64,000 nt of DNA from an uncultured Gammaproteobacteria bacterium (GTDB lineage Bacteria; Pseudomonadota; Gammaproteobacteria; DSM-16500): the NCBI GenBank assembly GCA_963711205.1, contig CAVQDE010000002.1:349287-413286 (forward strand), read 5' to 3'. Shown in pieces: positions 33,606-43,205 of this stretch. The notes under the pieces were generated by a model. The model was given only the letters and a program-made list of their open reading frames with translations, was not told the DNA's origin and searched no databases. Both the position numbers and the translations under genes were made by a program. How positions within the stretch are numbered: position 1 is the stretch's first letter; each line of letters begins with the position of its first letter.

Positions 33606-34052
33606 TTAGTCCGAATGGATTTTTTTTGCTTGTTCACGCATCACTTGATTGACATGAGAATAAGCTAAAGCAAAACCTTTAAATTCAGCTACGCTAAGGC
33701 GTAAAGTCACTACATCGGAAGTCGCAACCACAGTGGCTGTTCGCTTGCCGGATAATGAATAAAAACCGAATTCATTTAATCCGATGGCATCACCCTCTTT
33801 TAAAGTGGCAAGGTACTCAGTATGAGGTTGTTGATTTTCGTACCTGACGTGCCTGACTTCCGTTGTGCCTTTTACAATCAAATAAATGCTATCTACAGGA
33901 TCACCTTCGTGCACAATAACATCACCGGCTTTAAAGTGCGTTTCAACGAGCAAAGAGGACAGAACTTCAACTTCGCCTGGTGTCAACTCAGTAAAACACG
34001 CTTGCTTGGCAATTAATGCTTTCTTTAGTTCTATATCAGGGGAATTAGACAT
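33606..34052 (-). CDS. Stand-alone cyclic-nucleotide-binding domain protein
   Basis: F.AGDVI..EGD..DSIYLI..G, L.EGD.IG and RTATVVA motifs. Confidence 0.85.
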   Translation of the reverse strand: MSNSPDIELKKALIAKQACFTELTPGEVEVLSSLLVETHFKAGDVIVHEGDPVDSIYLIVKGTTEVRHVRYENQQPHTEYLATLKEGDAIGLNEFGFYSLSGKRTATVVATSDVVTLRLSVAEFKGFALAYSHVNQVMREQAKKIHSD

Positions 34053-34119
34053 AATTTGATCCTTAAAAAATGACTCTATCTATAATCTAATTATCGCTTA
34101 TTTAGGAGGAAAATACAGT

Positions 34120-34411
34120 TATCAACAATGCTGGCATCAAATCGCGACTTATTTTCGCAAACAATGTGGCGCGAGGTTCTTGTTTACATAAAGGGGCAGA
34201 CGGCCTTTGGGTTGCTTATTCTCGCTGGCCTGATAAAGCCACACGTGACGCTGCCTGGCCTGGTGATAATGCGCCGAATGAGGTATTGCCACTTGAGATT
34301 CAAGCTAGCATCAAAAAGATACAAGCATTCAAAAAAGAGAACCAAGATTTAGAAATATATGACGAGATTTGTTTGGAAGTGGTCGATGATCTGTTAGTGG
34401 TTCTCATTTAG
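34120..34411 (+). pseudogene. Frameshifted, 5'-truncated ABM-like (antibiotic biosynthesis monooxygenase-like) gene remnant
   Basis: YQQCWHQIATYFRKQCGA in one frame continues as GSCLHKGADGLWVAYSRWPDKATRDAAW in another; no in-frame start seen. Confidence 0.5.
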
Positions 34412-34528
34412 TAGTATATTTTATATACTTATTCTTGATTTTTACTATATTATAAGCAAAAATCGCACTGGTCTTAACTATGAGGCCACGGTAAGCGCAT
34501 TTTATTGACAAAAACGAGGAATAGAAAA

Positions 34529-34927
34529 ATGCTAAAACGAGTGATGAAGTTAGTGGTAGTGGCAATGGGTTTAGGCGTGTTAACTGGGTGTGCTTCTATC
34601 GTTAATGGGACGAATCAAAGCGTATCCGTCCAAACGGGGTCAGTGGGTGGTGCAGCCTGTGCCCTAGAAAATGATAAGGGTAAATGGTATGTCCCTAGTA
34701 CACCTGGTTCAGTCGTTGTTAACCGCAGTTATAATGATCTAAAAATTAATTGTACGAAAAAAGGATACCATCCTTCCTACCAGCGAGTCGCATCAAAAAC
34801 CAAAGGCATGGCATTTGGGAATGTAGTGTTTGGTGGCGTCGTAGGCGCGGGTGTTGATGTGGTCGATGGCGCAGCGTATGACTATCCCAATGACATTTTT
34901 GTACCTATGCAAAAATCGTTTGCTTAG
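34529..34927 (+). CDS. Hypothetical lipoprotein
   Basis: Lipobox LTGC-ASIV.G..Q.VSV; C-terminal GN..FGG.VGAGVD..GA.Y.YP. Confidence 0.75.
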   Translation: MLKRVMKLVVVAMGLGVLTGCASIVNGTNQSVSVQTGSVGGAACALENDKGKWYVPSTPGSVVVNRSYNDLKINCTKKGYHPSYQRVASKTKGMAFGNVVFGGVVGAGVDVVDGAAYDYPNDIFVPMQKSFA

Positions 34928-34948
34928 TAAAAAAGCTATATCATGCAT

Positions 34949-34981
34949 TGCATTGCCGGTGAGATATTTACTGGCAATGCA
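34949..34981. terminator. Hairpin between convergent genes
   Basis: TGCATTGCCGGT...ACTGGCAATGCA. Confidence 0.5.
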
Positions 34982-35092
34982 CAAAAATAGGTAGCAAAGG
35001 ATTCTGAATCGCAACAGCAACTAATAAGTATTTATTAAGCATTTTTTAGTGTTTCATAAATTGGATTTATTTTCTAATTCATCCATGAAAAA

Positions 35093-35842
35093 TTACTTTT
35101 TCATATAATCAAATACTACTTTTCCATAAGGTAATGTTAAATCAGTGATAACATGTGTTCCGGAAATTATCTTGCGTACAGGAAGATCGGCTACAGGTGC
35201 TAATGCATGTGGTGTTAAAGAAATTTCAGCCGGACCACTCCAGGCACCTTTTACAGTCACATCTTCTAAGTAATATTCGACTAATTCGCAAATCCTAGGT
35301 GTTCCATCCACATGAGGAATAATTTTTAGTAAGTAATTGGGAATCATCAATGATTTCAGTATTTCCTCTTTATCTAAGGTCTTATATTTATATCCCATGG
35401 TGGCTATGGCTACCTGACAAGTTTCGTAATCTAGTTTCCCAATCAGAGTGTCACTGATGACGCGTAAACTGGGATTTGCTAATTTCTTTGGGAATCCCCA
35501 GATTTCTCTTCCTCCCGCAATAGGCGCCTCATCATCAAGATACATGGCAAGGGAATATCCCCCTTTCTTACCTTGATAAGTAACAGGAATCACTTGGCCT
35601 GATTCTGTATAATCACCGAATCCTGTTGAATCAGGCATGCGGATGAATTCAAATTTCACGATGGGCTCAGTCACTTCTAAGGGTTCAGGCACAACTTCTT
35701 TTAACGCATCCATATCCGTTGCATAAGTGATGACAAAAAATTCACGGTTAATGAAACGATAAGGACCTGGTGGATAAACAGGATTAGTTAATGGCATCGC
35801 AAATGCTTTATTTTTCACGTCTGATATTTTCATGAGGGTCAT
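35093..35842 (-). CDS. adc: Acetoacetate decarboxylase
   Basis: [34 protein letters not shown] and [10 protein letters not shown] (Schiff-base Lys). Confidence 0.92.
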   Translation of the reverse strand: MTLMKISDVKNKAFAMPLTNPVYPPGPYRFINREFFVITYATDMDALKEVVPEPLEVTEPIVKFEFIRMPDSTGFGDYTESGQVIPVTYQGKKGGYSLAMYLDDEAPIAGGREIWGFPKKLANPSLRVISDTLIGKLDYETCQVAIATMGYKYKTLDKEEILKSLMIPNYLLKIIPHVDGTPRICELVEYYLEDVTVKGAWSGPAEISLTPHALAPVADLPVRKIISGTHVITDLTLPYGKVVFDYMKK

Positions 35843-35866
35843 CCTTGTTTGCCGTGTGAGTGTTTG

Positions 35867-35898
35867 TTCCCGGGTTCCGTTCGCTACACTCAGGCTGC
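35867..35898 (-). repeat. Degenerate GTAG-type REP-like sequence
   Basis: Reverse strand reads GCAGCCTGAGTGTAGCGAACGGAACCCGGGAA, resembling GTAG-class REP hairpins; single copy in window. Confidence 0.4.
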
Positions 35899-36108
35899 AT
35901 TATTAATATCATAACACTTTATCGTCTTATCCCGGTGCTATCACTCTGTTCTATGAAAAATAAAACGTCATTAGATGGATTATTGTGAAATATAAAATCG
36001 ATTGAAGGCGCTGACTTTTTAAGAAATGTCTAAGAGGCATATTTTTTGATAAATTGAATGGAGTAAATATGAAAGAATAAAATATTCATAAAACATGGAA
36101 TAGATTGG

Positions 36109-37935
36109 ATGAATCAAAATATAGTCAAAGTAATAAAGTCGATTCCTATTTTTTCTTCTTTAAGCGAAGAAGTGATTAACCAACACATCGATAAATTTCA
36201 ACAAATTGAATTAAAGCAAGACAAGATACTTTTTTACCAAGGCGAATCTTCTGACAGTGTGTTTGTGTTGGTAAGTGGTAAATTATCAGCTGAATTGACG
36301 GAGTTTTCCGGAAAATCCCGTATTATAGGCTACATTGAGCAAGGTGAGACAGTGGGTGAATTGGGTGCTCTTTCCGATGAGCCGCGATCATTTACGGTGA
36401 GGGCGTTAAAAGATTCGGTGCTACTACACTTAACAGCAAAAGATTATATCGAGCTTTGCCACCATTATCCTGCTGTGATGTTTTCCTCGTTGCAACCCAT
36501 CGTTACACGATCAAGAAAGATCATTCAAATGATTTCACGAGAAAAATCTGGGCGGCATATTGTGATTGTGCCCGCAAATAAAAATATATCGATGAAACAT
36601 TTTTTTGCAAGCATGACTGAATTTTCTCGAGATTATCACACTATTTCGATTATCTCGGATTATCAACCAGAATTCAGTGATACTAATATGACTTTAGACA
36701 GTGTGAAGGAAAAAATTCGACAGATTGTGAAGAGTCATAAATCAACGCATAAAGAATTATATATTTTGAGTTCCTATGACACACCACTGGCAAAGGTTTG
36801 TCTTAATAAAGCAAATAAAGTTTATATCGCTGCTTACGATCATGAATCGAAACCACACGTAGATAAGCAGTTACTCGATAAAATTTACAGTAAGCGCTAT
36901 CCTCTTGAATGTCCTCCCATCCTCATTTTATTGCATACGGGCAATTCGCAAATTTATGAAAATACGTCCCTTTGGCTCAAGCAAACTGAATTCTCATTTT
37001 ATCATCATGTACGCATAGACAAGGCGCAAGATTTTCAACGCTTATTACGTTTTATGCGTGGTAAAGCTGTAGGAGTAGTTTTAAGTGGCGGTGGGACAAG
37101 AGGATGGGCCCATCTTGGCGCGATTAAAGCGTTACGTGAAGCAAAAATACCGATAGACATCATTGGCGGTACCAGTGCAGGAGCCATCGCGGCGGCTTGT
37201 TACGTGTATAGTCGAACTTATTCTAAAGCTTACGAAAAACTTTATGACATTGTGGAAGATTCTAGGCACTCGGTTTCCTGGCGTAGTCTCACCTGGCCTA
37301 TCATTTCATTATTTAATGGCAAGAATTTTACGAATGCTCAAATAGACGCATTTGGAGAAACCTTGATTGAAGATTTGTGTCTCCCATTTTTTTGTATTTC
37401 GTGCAATCTCTCTAACAATGCGGAATCGATTCATCGGACGGGCGTATTATGGGAGAAATTAAGGGCCAGTTCATCGATACCAGGGATTATTCCTCCCATG
37501 TTGTTGAATGGAAGCATCCATTTTGATGGGGGATTATTGAATAATTTACCTGTTGATGTGATGCGGCAATATGTGGGCCACACGGGAAAAATTATTGCGG
37601 TTGATTTAAATAATGTGCGGCCTTTTCCTTCCAAATATCAATTTCCACCTATTTTAACTTTCCGTGATGGTTTTTTTAATCGATTTGGTACAGGGAAACA
37701 TAAATTTAAAACCCCCAATTTTTTGGATGCTTTTTTTAGTGGGTTATTTATCGGATCACTCGCCAAGGCAAAACAAAATGCATTAGCAGCAAATATATAT
37801 ATCAATCTTGATCTCAACCAATTTAAATTATTGCACTCAAGCCATGAAGAAGCTGACCAAATGATTGAGATTGGTTACAAAGAAACGCTGAAACAAATCC
37901 ATCAAGAAAAAAGAGAATCAGAAGAGCGTGATTGA
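36109..37935 (+). CDS. cNMP-binding domain plus patatin phospholipase (NTE-like)
   Basis: N-terminal cNMP domain (GETVGE...PRSFTV); GGGTRG, GTSAG and DGG patatin motifs. Confidence 0.92.
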   Translation: MNQNIVKVIKSIPIFSSLSEEVINQHIDKFQQIELKQDKILFYQGESSDSVFVLVSGKLSAELTEFSGKSRIIGYIEQGETVGELGALSDEPRSFTVRALKDSVLLHLTAKDYIELCHHYPAVMFSSLQPIVTRSRKIIQMISREKSGRHIVIVPANKNISMKHFFASMTEFSRDYHTISIISDYQPEFSDTNMTLDSVKEKIRQIVKSHKSTHKELYILSSYDTPLAKVCLNKANKVYIAAYDHESKPHVDKQLLDKIYSKRYPLECPPILILLHTGNSQIYENTSLWLKQTEFSFYHHVRIDKAQDFQRLLRFMRGKAVGVVLSGGGTRGWAHLGAIKALREAKIPIDIIGGTSAGAIAAACYVYSRTYSKAYEKLYDIVEDSRHSVSWRSLTWPIISLFNGKNFTNAQIDAFGETLIEDLCLPFFCISCNLSNNAESIHRTGVLWEKLRASSSIPGIIPPMLLNGSIHFDGGLLNNLPVDVMRQYVGHTGKIIAVDLNNVRPFPSKYQFPPILTFRDGFFNRFGTGKHKFKTPNFLDAFFSGLFIGSLAKAKQNALAANIYINLDLNQFKLLHSSHEEADQMIEIGYKETLKQIHQEKRESEERD

Positions 37936-37952
37936 TGAGCACCCGTTATCCT

Positions 37953-38092
37953 CTCGCGTCATCCTCGGGTGATTTCACTCTGTCATCCCGGAAAGTGCGA
38001 AGTGTTTTTTACTGAGCACTTGTCCGGGACCCATCCATGCACTTGTGCAAAAGCTGGGATGACAGAGTGAAATCACCCGAAGATGACGCGAG
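37953..38092. repeat. Nested palindromic element, copy 2 (inverted, internally deleted) inside a second palindrome
   Basis: Outer IR CTCGCGTCATCCTCGGGTGATTTCACTC / GAGTGAAATCACCCGAAGATGACGCGAG; the inner part 37981-38064 is the reverse complement of the right half of copies 1 and 3. Confidence 0.9.
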
Positions 38093-38152
38093 TAAATGAC
38101 ACGATTATCCGCTATATTATTACCTTTTTGATTTTACTTAAGGAGTAACAAA

Positions 38153-39145
38153 ATGAAATCCATCGTCATTACTCGATTTGGAGATATCGATGTTTTTGAA
38201 GAAACAACATTGCCAACCCCTAACGTAATCCCTGGGCACGTATTAATTAAAGTGGCTGCGACGAGTGTCAATCCCTTGGATTATAAACTGCGAAAAGGAG
38301 TGTTTCCTGATTTAATTAAATCTTTTCCGATGATTTTGCATGGTGATGTGGCTGGTGTTATCGAACAAGTGGGAGAGGGTGTAAAGCATTTCACGATTGG
38401 CGATGAAGTCTTCGGTTGTGTGGGAGGCTTACTCGATATGAGTGGTGCATTGGCTGACTATATTCTCGCTGATGCAAATCTCATTGCTCATAAACCCAAA
38501 ACATTGTCATTAGTTGATTCTGCTGCACTTCCATTGGTTTCTCTAACTGCCTGGGAAGGATTAGTGACTTATGCCAATGTGCAAAAAGATCAAACCGTGC
38601 TAGTTCATGGTGGAACAGGTGGTGTTGGTCATATTGCCATACAATTAGCAAAATGGTTAGGAGCGAATGTGTTTGCAACTGGTTCATCACCTAAAAAATT
38701 AGATATCTCAAAACAATTGGGTGCAGATGTTGCGATTAATTATAAGAATTCCCATGTGCCTGCTTATGTCAATGAGTATACAAAAGGCGTTGGATTTGAT
38801 GTGGTGTTTGATACAGTGGGTGGTGAAAATTTGTCTGATTGTTTTCAAGCCGCTGCTCTTTTTGGGAAAGTGATATCCATTCTCGCTGCTGGCAACTATG
38901 ATTTAACACCGGCGTTTTTAAAAGGATTATCTCTCCATATGGTGTTACAACCTTTACCGCTGATCACAGGTATCAAACGTTCTCATTATGGTGAAATCCT
39001 AACAATGATAGCGAAGTTGGTTGATAAAGGTATCATCCGCCCATTAATTGATGAGAATAAATTTACCATCACGGAAGTGGGAGCAGCCCATGCTCATCTT
39101 GAAAATGGTCATGCGATAGGAAAAGTAGTGCTTGCGAATAATTAA
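38153..39145 (+). CDS. MDR-family quinone oxidoreductase / zinc-type alcohol dehydrogenase-like
   Basis: SVNPLD, G.D.AG, VHGGTGGVGH.AIQLAK and GKVVL motifs. Confidence 0.9.
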   Translation: MKSIVITRFGDIDVFEETTLPTPNVIPGHVLIKVAATSVNPLDYKLRKGVFPDLIKSFPMILHGDVAGVIEQVGEGVKHFTIGDEVFGCVGGLLDMSGALADYILADANLIAHKPKTLSLVDSAALPLVSLTAWEGLVTYANVQKDQTVLVHGGTGGVGHIAIQLAKWLGANVFATGSSPKKLDISKQLGADVAINYKNSHVPAYVNEYTKGVGFDVVFDTVGGENLSDCFQAAALFGKVISILAAGNYDLTPAFLKGLSLHMVLQPLPLITGIKRSHYGEILTMIAKLVDKGIIRPLIDENKFTITEVGAAHAHLENGHAIGKVVLANN

Positions 39146-39153
39146 TTAAGCCA

Positions 39154-40218
39154 TCAAGAATCTTCTTGGGGATAATCATGCAGATGACCGCGATAATCTT
39201 CAACACAATAGTGAAGTTCATTATCGCGGTTGTTATTTTCAGCACGAATATAGTCTAGACCAATGGGTACTTTTCCATATCCCCCTGGAATATCTAATAC
39301 ATAGGTGGGCTGACAGAGACCGGAAAATCGTCCCCGCAGCTGCTTCATCAGTTGTTGTCCATGCGCAATGGTGGTACGAAAGTGTTGTGTGCCTCTCGCT
39401 AAATCGCAATGATGAAGATAATACGGCTTAATACGATTTTTTATAAAACAGCGCATTAATGTGCTGAGTGTTTCAATAGTATCATTGAGATTTTTTAACA
39501 AAATAGTTTGACTCAACATAGGGATGCCGGCATCGATTAATGCTGCACAGGCGCGTATGGCATCGGGCGTTATTTCTTGCGGATGATTAGCGTGTAAGAC
39601 CACATAAACAGCTTTATTACATTGTAGGGCAGCAATCATTTCTGAGTTAATTCGACGTGATTCCACCACAGGAATGCGCGTATGTATACGTATCACTTCA
39701 ACATGATCAATGGACGCTAATCTAGCAATAAATTTTTTTAATATCGTTGGTTTGAGAATCAGTGGATCGCCACCGGTGATAATGACTTCCCATATTTCTT
39801 TATGCTCATGAATATAGGTAAATGCTTTTTCCAATTCTTTGGCTGTTAGGGTTTCAGAGGCTTCTCCCACTTTTTCTCGCCGAAAACAAAATCGGCAATA
39901 GACGGGACAAACATGGACTGGCGTAAAAAGACAACGATCAGGATAACGGTGAGTGATGCCTTTTACTGTTGTATAAGTGTCATCACCGATCGGATCTGCT
40001 CGTTCTATAGGAGAAATAGCCAGCTCTTCGATGCGAGGAATAAATTGTTTAGCGATAGGATCATGGGGATTTGTTTTATCGATTAGCGCATGCATTTGAT
40101 CAGTGATAGCGAGAGAAAATGTGTCAACCACTTCTTGTAAAGCTGGTAAATCCTCTTTTTCCACTAAATGATGTTGAACCAACTCATCCAAAGTTCGTAT
40201 CGATTTCTTATAATTCAT
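39154..40218 (-). CDS. Lysine 2,3-aminomutase-like radical SAM protein (KamA/EpmB family)
   Basis: HRYPDR, CPVYCRFCFRR, TGGDPL, RIHTR.PV, PYYLH and P.YVLDIPGG.GK motifs. Confidence 0.92.
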   Translation of the reverse strand: MNYKKSIRTLDELVQHHLVEKEDLPALQEVVDTFSLAITDQMHALIDKTNPHDPIAKQFIPRIEELAISPIERADPIGDDTYTTVKGITHRYPDRCLFTPVHVCPVYCRFCFRREKVGEASETLTAKELEKAFTYIHEHKEIWEVIITGGDPLILKPTILKKFIARLASIDHVEVIRIHTRIPVVESRRINSEMIAALQCNKAVYVVLHANHPQEITPDAIRACAALIDAGIPMLSQTILLKNLNDTIETLSTLMRCFIKNRIKPYYLHHCDLARGTQHFRTTIAHGQQLMKQLRGRFSGLCQPTYVLDIPGGYGKVPIGLDYIRAENNNRDNELHYCVEDYRGHLHDYPQEDS

Positions 40219-40305
40219 ATAATTAAAAACTCATAGTCAGGGTCAAAAGGCCCTATTATACAGAAGCAAGAGAGGATGCCATAGGATAGAAAAAATCAGG
40301 AGTAG

Positions 40306-40659
40306 TTAATAAATCTCCCATTGATTACCATTCCTACAAAATCTTTCTGTGGCTTGACCGTTGACAAGATTAGCGGTAGTGACGAAAGTCAGGTCACGGC
40401 AAGTGGTACCATTGTGGCGCGTGGTATTTGAAGGGACGATATAACCATAACTGCCAGATTGTGGGTTTTTCCATTGAATTCTGACGCCATCTCTACTGCC
40501 CAAAGCCATTCTCTGAGCTTTGTTAAATAGTTGCCAATCTTGTTGGGTAAAATAAGTCATCGCTGTATTGTTGAGAAATCCATAATTACTAGCCAATGCG
40601 GACGTAGATAACATAATCAGACATGCACTACTCATGACGAACTTAATTAGGTTGTTCAT
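40306..40659 (-). CDS. Secreted 17-kDa-antigen-like (RT0821/Lpp0805-type) protein
   Basis: Signal peptide; W.NP.SG..G, CR and CR....W pattern. Confidence 0.7.
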   Translation of the reverse strand: MNNLIKFVMSSACLIMLSTSALASNYGFLNNTAMTYFTQQDWQLFNKAQRMALGSRDGVRIQWKNPQSGSYGYIVPSNTTRHNGTTCRDLTFVTTANLVNGQATERFCRNGNQWEIY

Positions 40660-40703
40660 GGCTGCTATCCTTGTTTAGTATTGGGCGGGGATAATGTGAA
40701 ATG

Positions 40704-40738
40704 AATCAAACTGAAGGCAAAATGCCTTCAGTTTGATG
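40704..40738 (-). terminator. Hairpin after the small hydrophilic ORF
   Basis: ATCAAACTGAAGGCA-AAA-TGCCTTCAGTTTGAT. Confidence 0.7.
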
Positions 40739-40746
40739 TGCAAGGG

Positions 40747-40887
40747 TTACCATTTTTTTTCTTTATCTTTATCTTTATCTTTATCTTTAGGCATTCCTTG
40801 GTCTGGACGTTGTTGATCTTGACGTCCTTTGTTTTTGTCGTCGCGTTGCTTTTCATCACCTTGTTTTTTATTTGGGTCGTAACTCAT
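40747..40887 (-). CDS. 46-aa highly charged hydrophilin-like peptide, not in ORF track
   Basis: MSYDPNKKQGDEKQRDDKNKGRQDQQRPDQGMPKDKDKDKDKEKKW; AAGGAG RBS; hairpin immediately after the stop; TCTTTA x5 at 40760-40789. Confidence 0.7.
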   Translation of the reverse strand: MSYDPNKKQGDEKQRDDKNKGRQDQQRPDQGMPKDKDKDKDKEKKW

Positions 40888-40926
40888 CTTTAATCTCCTT
40901 ATGTTAATGTTGTCCTAAAGTTAAGT

Positions 40927-41097
40927 TTATGGGGCTCTGCCTCTGACAAGATGCATAATAAGAGAAACAATAAATAAAATGAGGAATATAAAAAATATGA
41001 CTTTCGCAATTTCAGCTGACGCTACTGCGATACCTGAAAATCCCAAAACGCCAGCAATAATTGCAACAATGAGAAATATGAGAACCCAACGTAACAT
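40927..41097 (-). CDS. DUF1328 (UPF0391/YtjA-like) small membrane protein, not in ORF track
   Basis: [56 protein letters not shown]; GGGAG RBS. Confidence 0.88.
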   Translation of the reverse strand: MLRWVLIFLIVAIIAGVLGFSGIAVASAEIAKVIFFIFLILFIVSLIMHLVRGRAP

Positions 41098-41285
41098 GGC
41101 TAATCTCCCGTGCTGGTGCTGCTGATGAATTAGACAACTTAATTATACACCCCAATTTTAATGATTATGTTAGTGATCTCTAGGAAAAACTAAGGAGTAA
41201 GGAGGGGGTGGTGATGTTAAGTAATGAAAAATCAGTTATTTAAAACTCAGGCAACTATTTACGAGATCACAAAATAAATTTCATA

Positions 41286-41344
41286 TTGATTGTTCACCAA
41301 GCATTCACCTATCCTAAATAAGTGAGTGAATAATAGGTGAACAA
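41286..41344 (+). promoter_or_regulatory. Putative lexA promoter overlapped by two oppositely oriented direct-repeat operators
   Basis: TTGATT (41286-91) and TATCCT (41310-15); GTTC-N7-ATTC at 41292-41306 and GAAT-N7-GAAC at 41328-41342. Confidence 0.6.
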
Positions 41345-41347
41345 ACT

Positions 41348-41938
41348 ATGCTTAGTTTCCGAGAAAAATTGTACCAATTTCTTTCAAGCTATATCAGTCA
41401 AGAGGGCTGCTCACCGTCTTTTCTTGAAATAACGCACGCAATGGGCATTAGCCCGCGTTCTAAAAGCTTGATTACGCGAAGCCTGAGAACCTTGGAAAAA
41501 GAGGGTAAGGTGTTACTCATGAAGGATGGGCGGCGTCTTTTAATATCACTTCCCACTAAACAATTTCCCTTACTAGGAAGGATTTCAGCGGGCGCTCCCA
41601 TTGAGGCAATTTCTGAGCATCAATTGATTGACATCAATGAATGGTTCAAAGGCTCTCATCGTTTTGCTCTACAAGTCAAAGGAACCTCCATGATTGAAGA
41701 GGGTATCTTGGATGGTGATGTCATCATTTGTCGCAAAGCAGAGATGGCACAAGAAGGTGATATCGTGGTGGCCTTAATTGATCAGCATAATACAACATTA
41801 AAACGTATCTCTTACAAAATGAAAGGAATGATAACGCTGATTCCTGCTAATGCAGAATTAAAACCACGTGCTTATGCGCCTGAGCGAATTCAAATTCAAG
41901 GTATTTATGTGGGATTAATACGAGTGAATATAAGGTAA
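41348..41938 (+). CDS. lexA: LexA repressor (winged HTH plus S24 peptidase)
   Basis: G.SPS..EI HTH; Ala-Gly cleavage site GRISAGAP; catalytic Ser in GTSM and Lys in TLKR. Confidence 0.85.
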   Translation: MLSFREKLYQFLSSYISQEGCSPSFLEITHAMGISPRSKSLITRSLRTLEKEGKVLLMKDGRRLLISLPTKQFPLLGRISAGAPIEAISEHQLIDINEWFKGSHRFALQVKGTSMIEEGILDGDVIICRKAEMAQEGDIVVALIDQHNTTLKRISYKMKGMITLIPANAELKPRAYAPERIQIQGIYVGLIRVNIR

Positions 41939-41946
41939 GAGTTCCC

Positions 41947-43197
41947 ATGCTGAATCAAAAAAATAATCAGGATAAACCACTTTGGCCGCGAGCTATTATT
42001 CTGATTGATATGAATGCTTTTTTCGCCTCAGTGGAACAGCTAGATCATCCGGAATGGAGAGGTAGAGCACTCGCAGTTACCAATGGAAAACAAGGTACGT
42101 GTATTATCACTTGTTCTTATGAAGCGCGTTCGTATGGAATTAAAACCGGTATGCGTCTTAAAGAAGCCAAACGTTTATGCCGTCACTTAATCCAAGTACC
42201 CGCAAGACCCGAAAGATATGCTGAGATGTCATGCGTGATTATGGATGCACTCACAACATTAACCCCTGATGTCGAAGTATTTTCAGTTGATGAGGCATTT
42301 TTAGATGTGACACATTGCCAATTGTTACACGGTTCACCGGAAAAAATGGGATTGATGGCAAAAGAACGGGTGTTCAACGCATCCGGATTGCTGTGCTCAG
42401 TAGGGGTGAGTGGTGATAAAACCACAGCCAAGTTCGCAGCAAAATTGGAAAAACCGAATGGTCTTGTTGTGATTCCTCCATGGGAAGCAAAGGATAGACT
42501 TCGTCATGTGAATGTCATGGAATTAAGTGGGATTAAATCAGGCATTGGAGGATTTCTTAAAAAACATGGTGCTACTCTGTGTGGTGAAGTAGAAAAAATC
42601 CCTATTAGTCTTTTAGCAAAACGATTTGGAAATTTAGGAAGACGTATTTGGTATATGTGTCAGGGTGCTGATCCTGATCCAGTTCATACCTTAGTCGCGA
42701 ATCCCAAATCAATGGGACATGGTAAAGTCATGCCACCTCATACAACGAATGAAGCTGTGATTGAAACTTTTCTCATGCACATGTGTGAAAAATTAGGAGC
42801 AAGATTACGTCGGCATCACTTACGTGCGCAATATTTTTTTGCGGGCTTATTAAATGACGAATTTGGTTGGATGGGTTCAAAAGGAAAAACATTGCAATTT
42901 ACCAACGATAGTAAAGACATTTTTCAACTTGCCTCTTTTATCATCGATCAACATTGGCAAGGAGAACCGGTCAATCAAATACAAGTGACAGCACTTGATC
43001 CGAATAATGAAGGGTATCAATTAGATTTTTTTCAAACAGTCGATGTCAAAAGAGCATGGCTTTATCAGACATTGGATGAAATTAATGATCGATATGGGGA
43101 ATTTACAATCGCTCCTGTGCCTCTCTTGAATCGTTCATCCATGCCAAATGTGATTGCACCAGCGTGGAAGCCTTATGGTCATCGTCAAACAATATGA
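41947..43197 (+). CDS. dinB: Y-family DNA polymerase (Pol IV/DinB-like)
   Basis: IDMNAFFASVEQ, SYEAR..G...GM, SVDEAFLD and AK.A....KPNG motifs; clamp-binding-like QLDFF. Confidence 0.9.
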   Translation: MLNQKNNQDKPLWPRAIILIDMNAFFASVEQLDHPEWRGRALAVTNGKQGTCIITCSYEARSYGIKTGMRLKEAKRLCRHLIQVPARPERYAEMSCVIMDALTTLTPDVEVFSVDEAFLDVTHCQLLHGSPEKMGLMAKERVFNASGLLCSVGVSGDKTTAKFAAKLEKPNGLVVIPPWEAKDRLRHVNVMELSGIKSGIGGFLKKHGATLCGEVEKIPISLLAKRFGNLGRRIWYMCQGADPDPVHTLVANPKSMGHGKVMPPHTTNEAVIETFLMHMCEKLGARLRRHHLRAQYFFAGLLNDEFGWMGSKGKTLQFTNDSKDIFQLASFIIDQHWQGEPVNQIQVTALDPNNEGYQLDFFQTVDVKRAWLYQTLDEINDRYGEFTIAPVPLLNRSSMPNVIAPAWKPYGHRQTI

Positions 43198-43205
43198 CGT
43201 AGGAG

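Noticed and set aside
39154-40218. Radical SAM enzyme as a RiPP maturase for the Cys-rich peptides
   Set aside because: Motifs are those of the KamA/EpmB aminomutase family, there is no SPASM domain, and it is not adjacent to the peptides.
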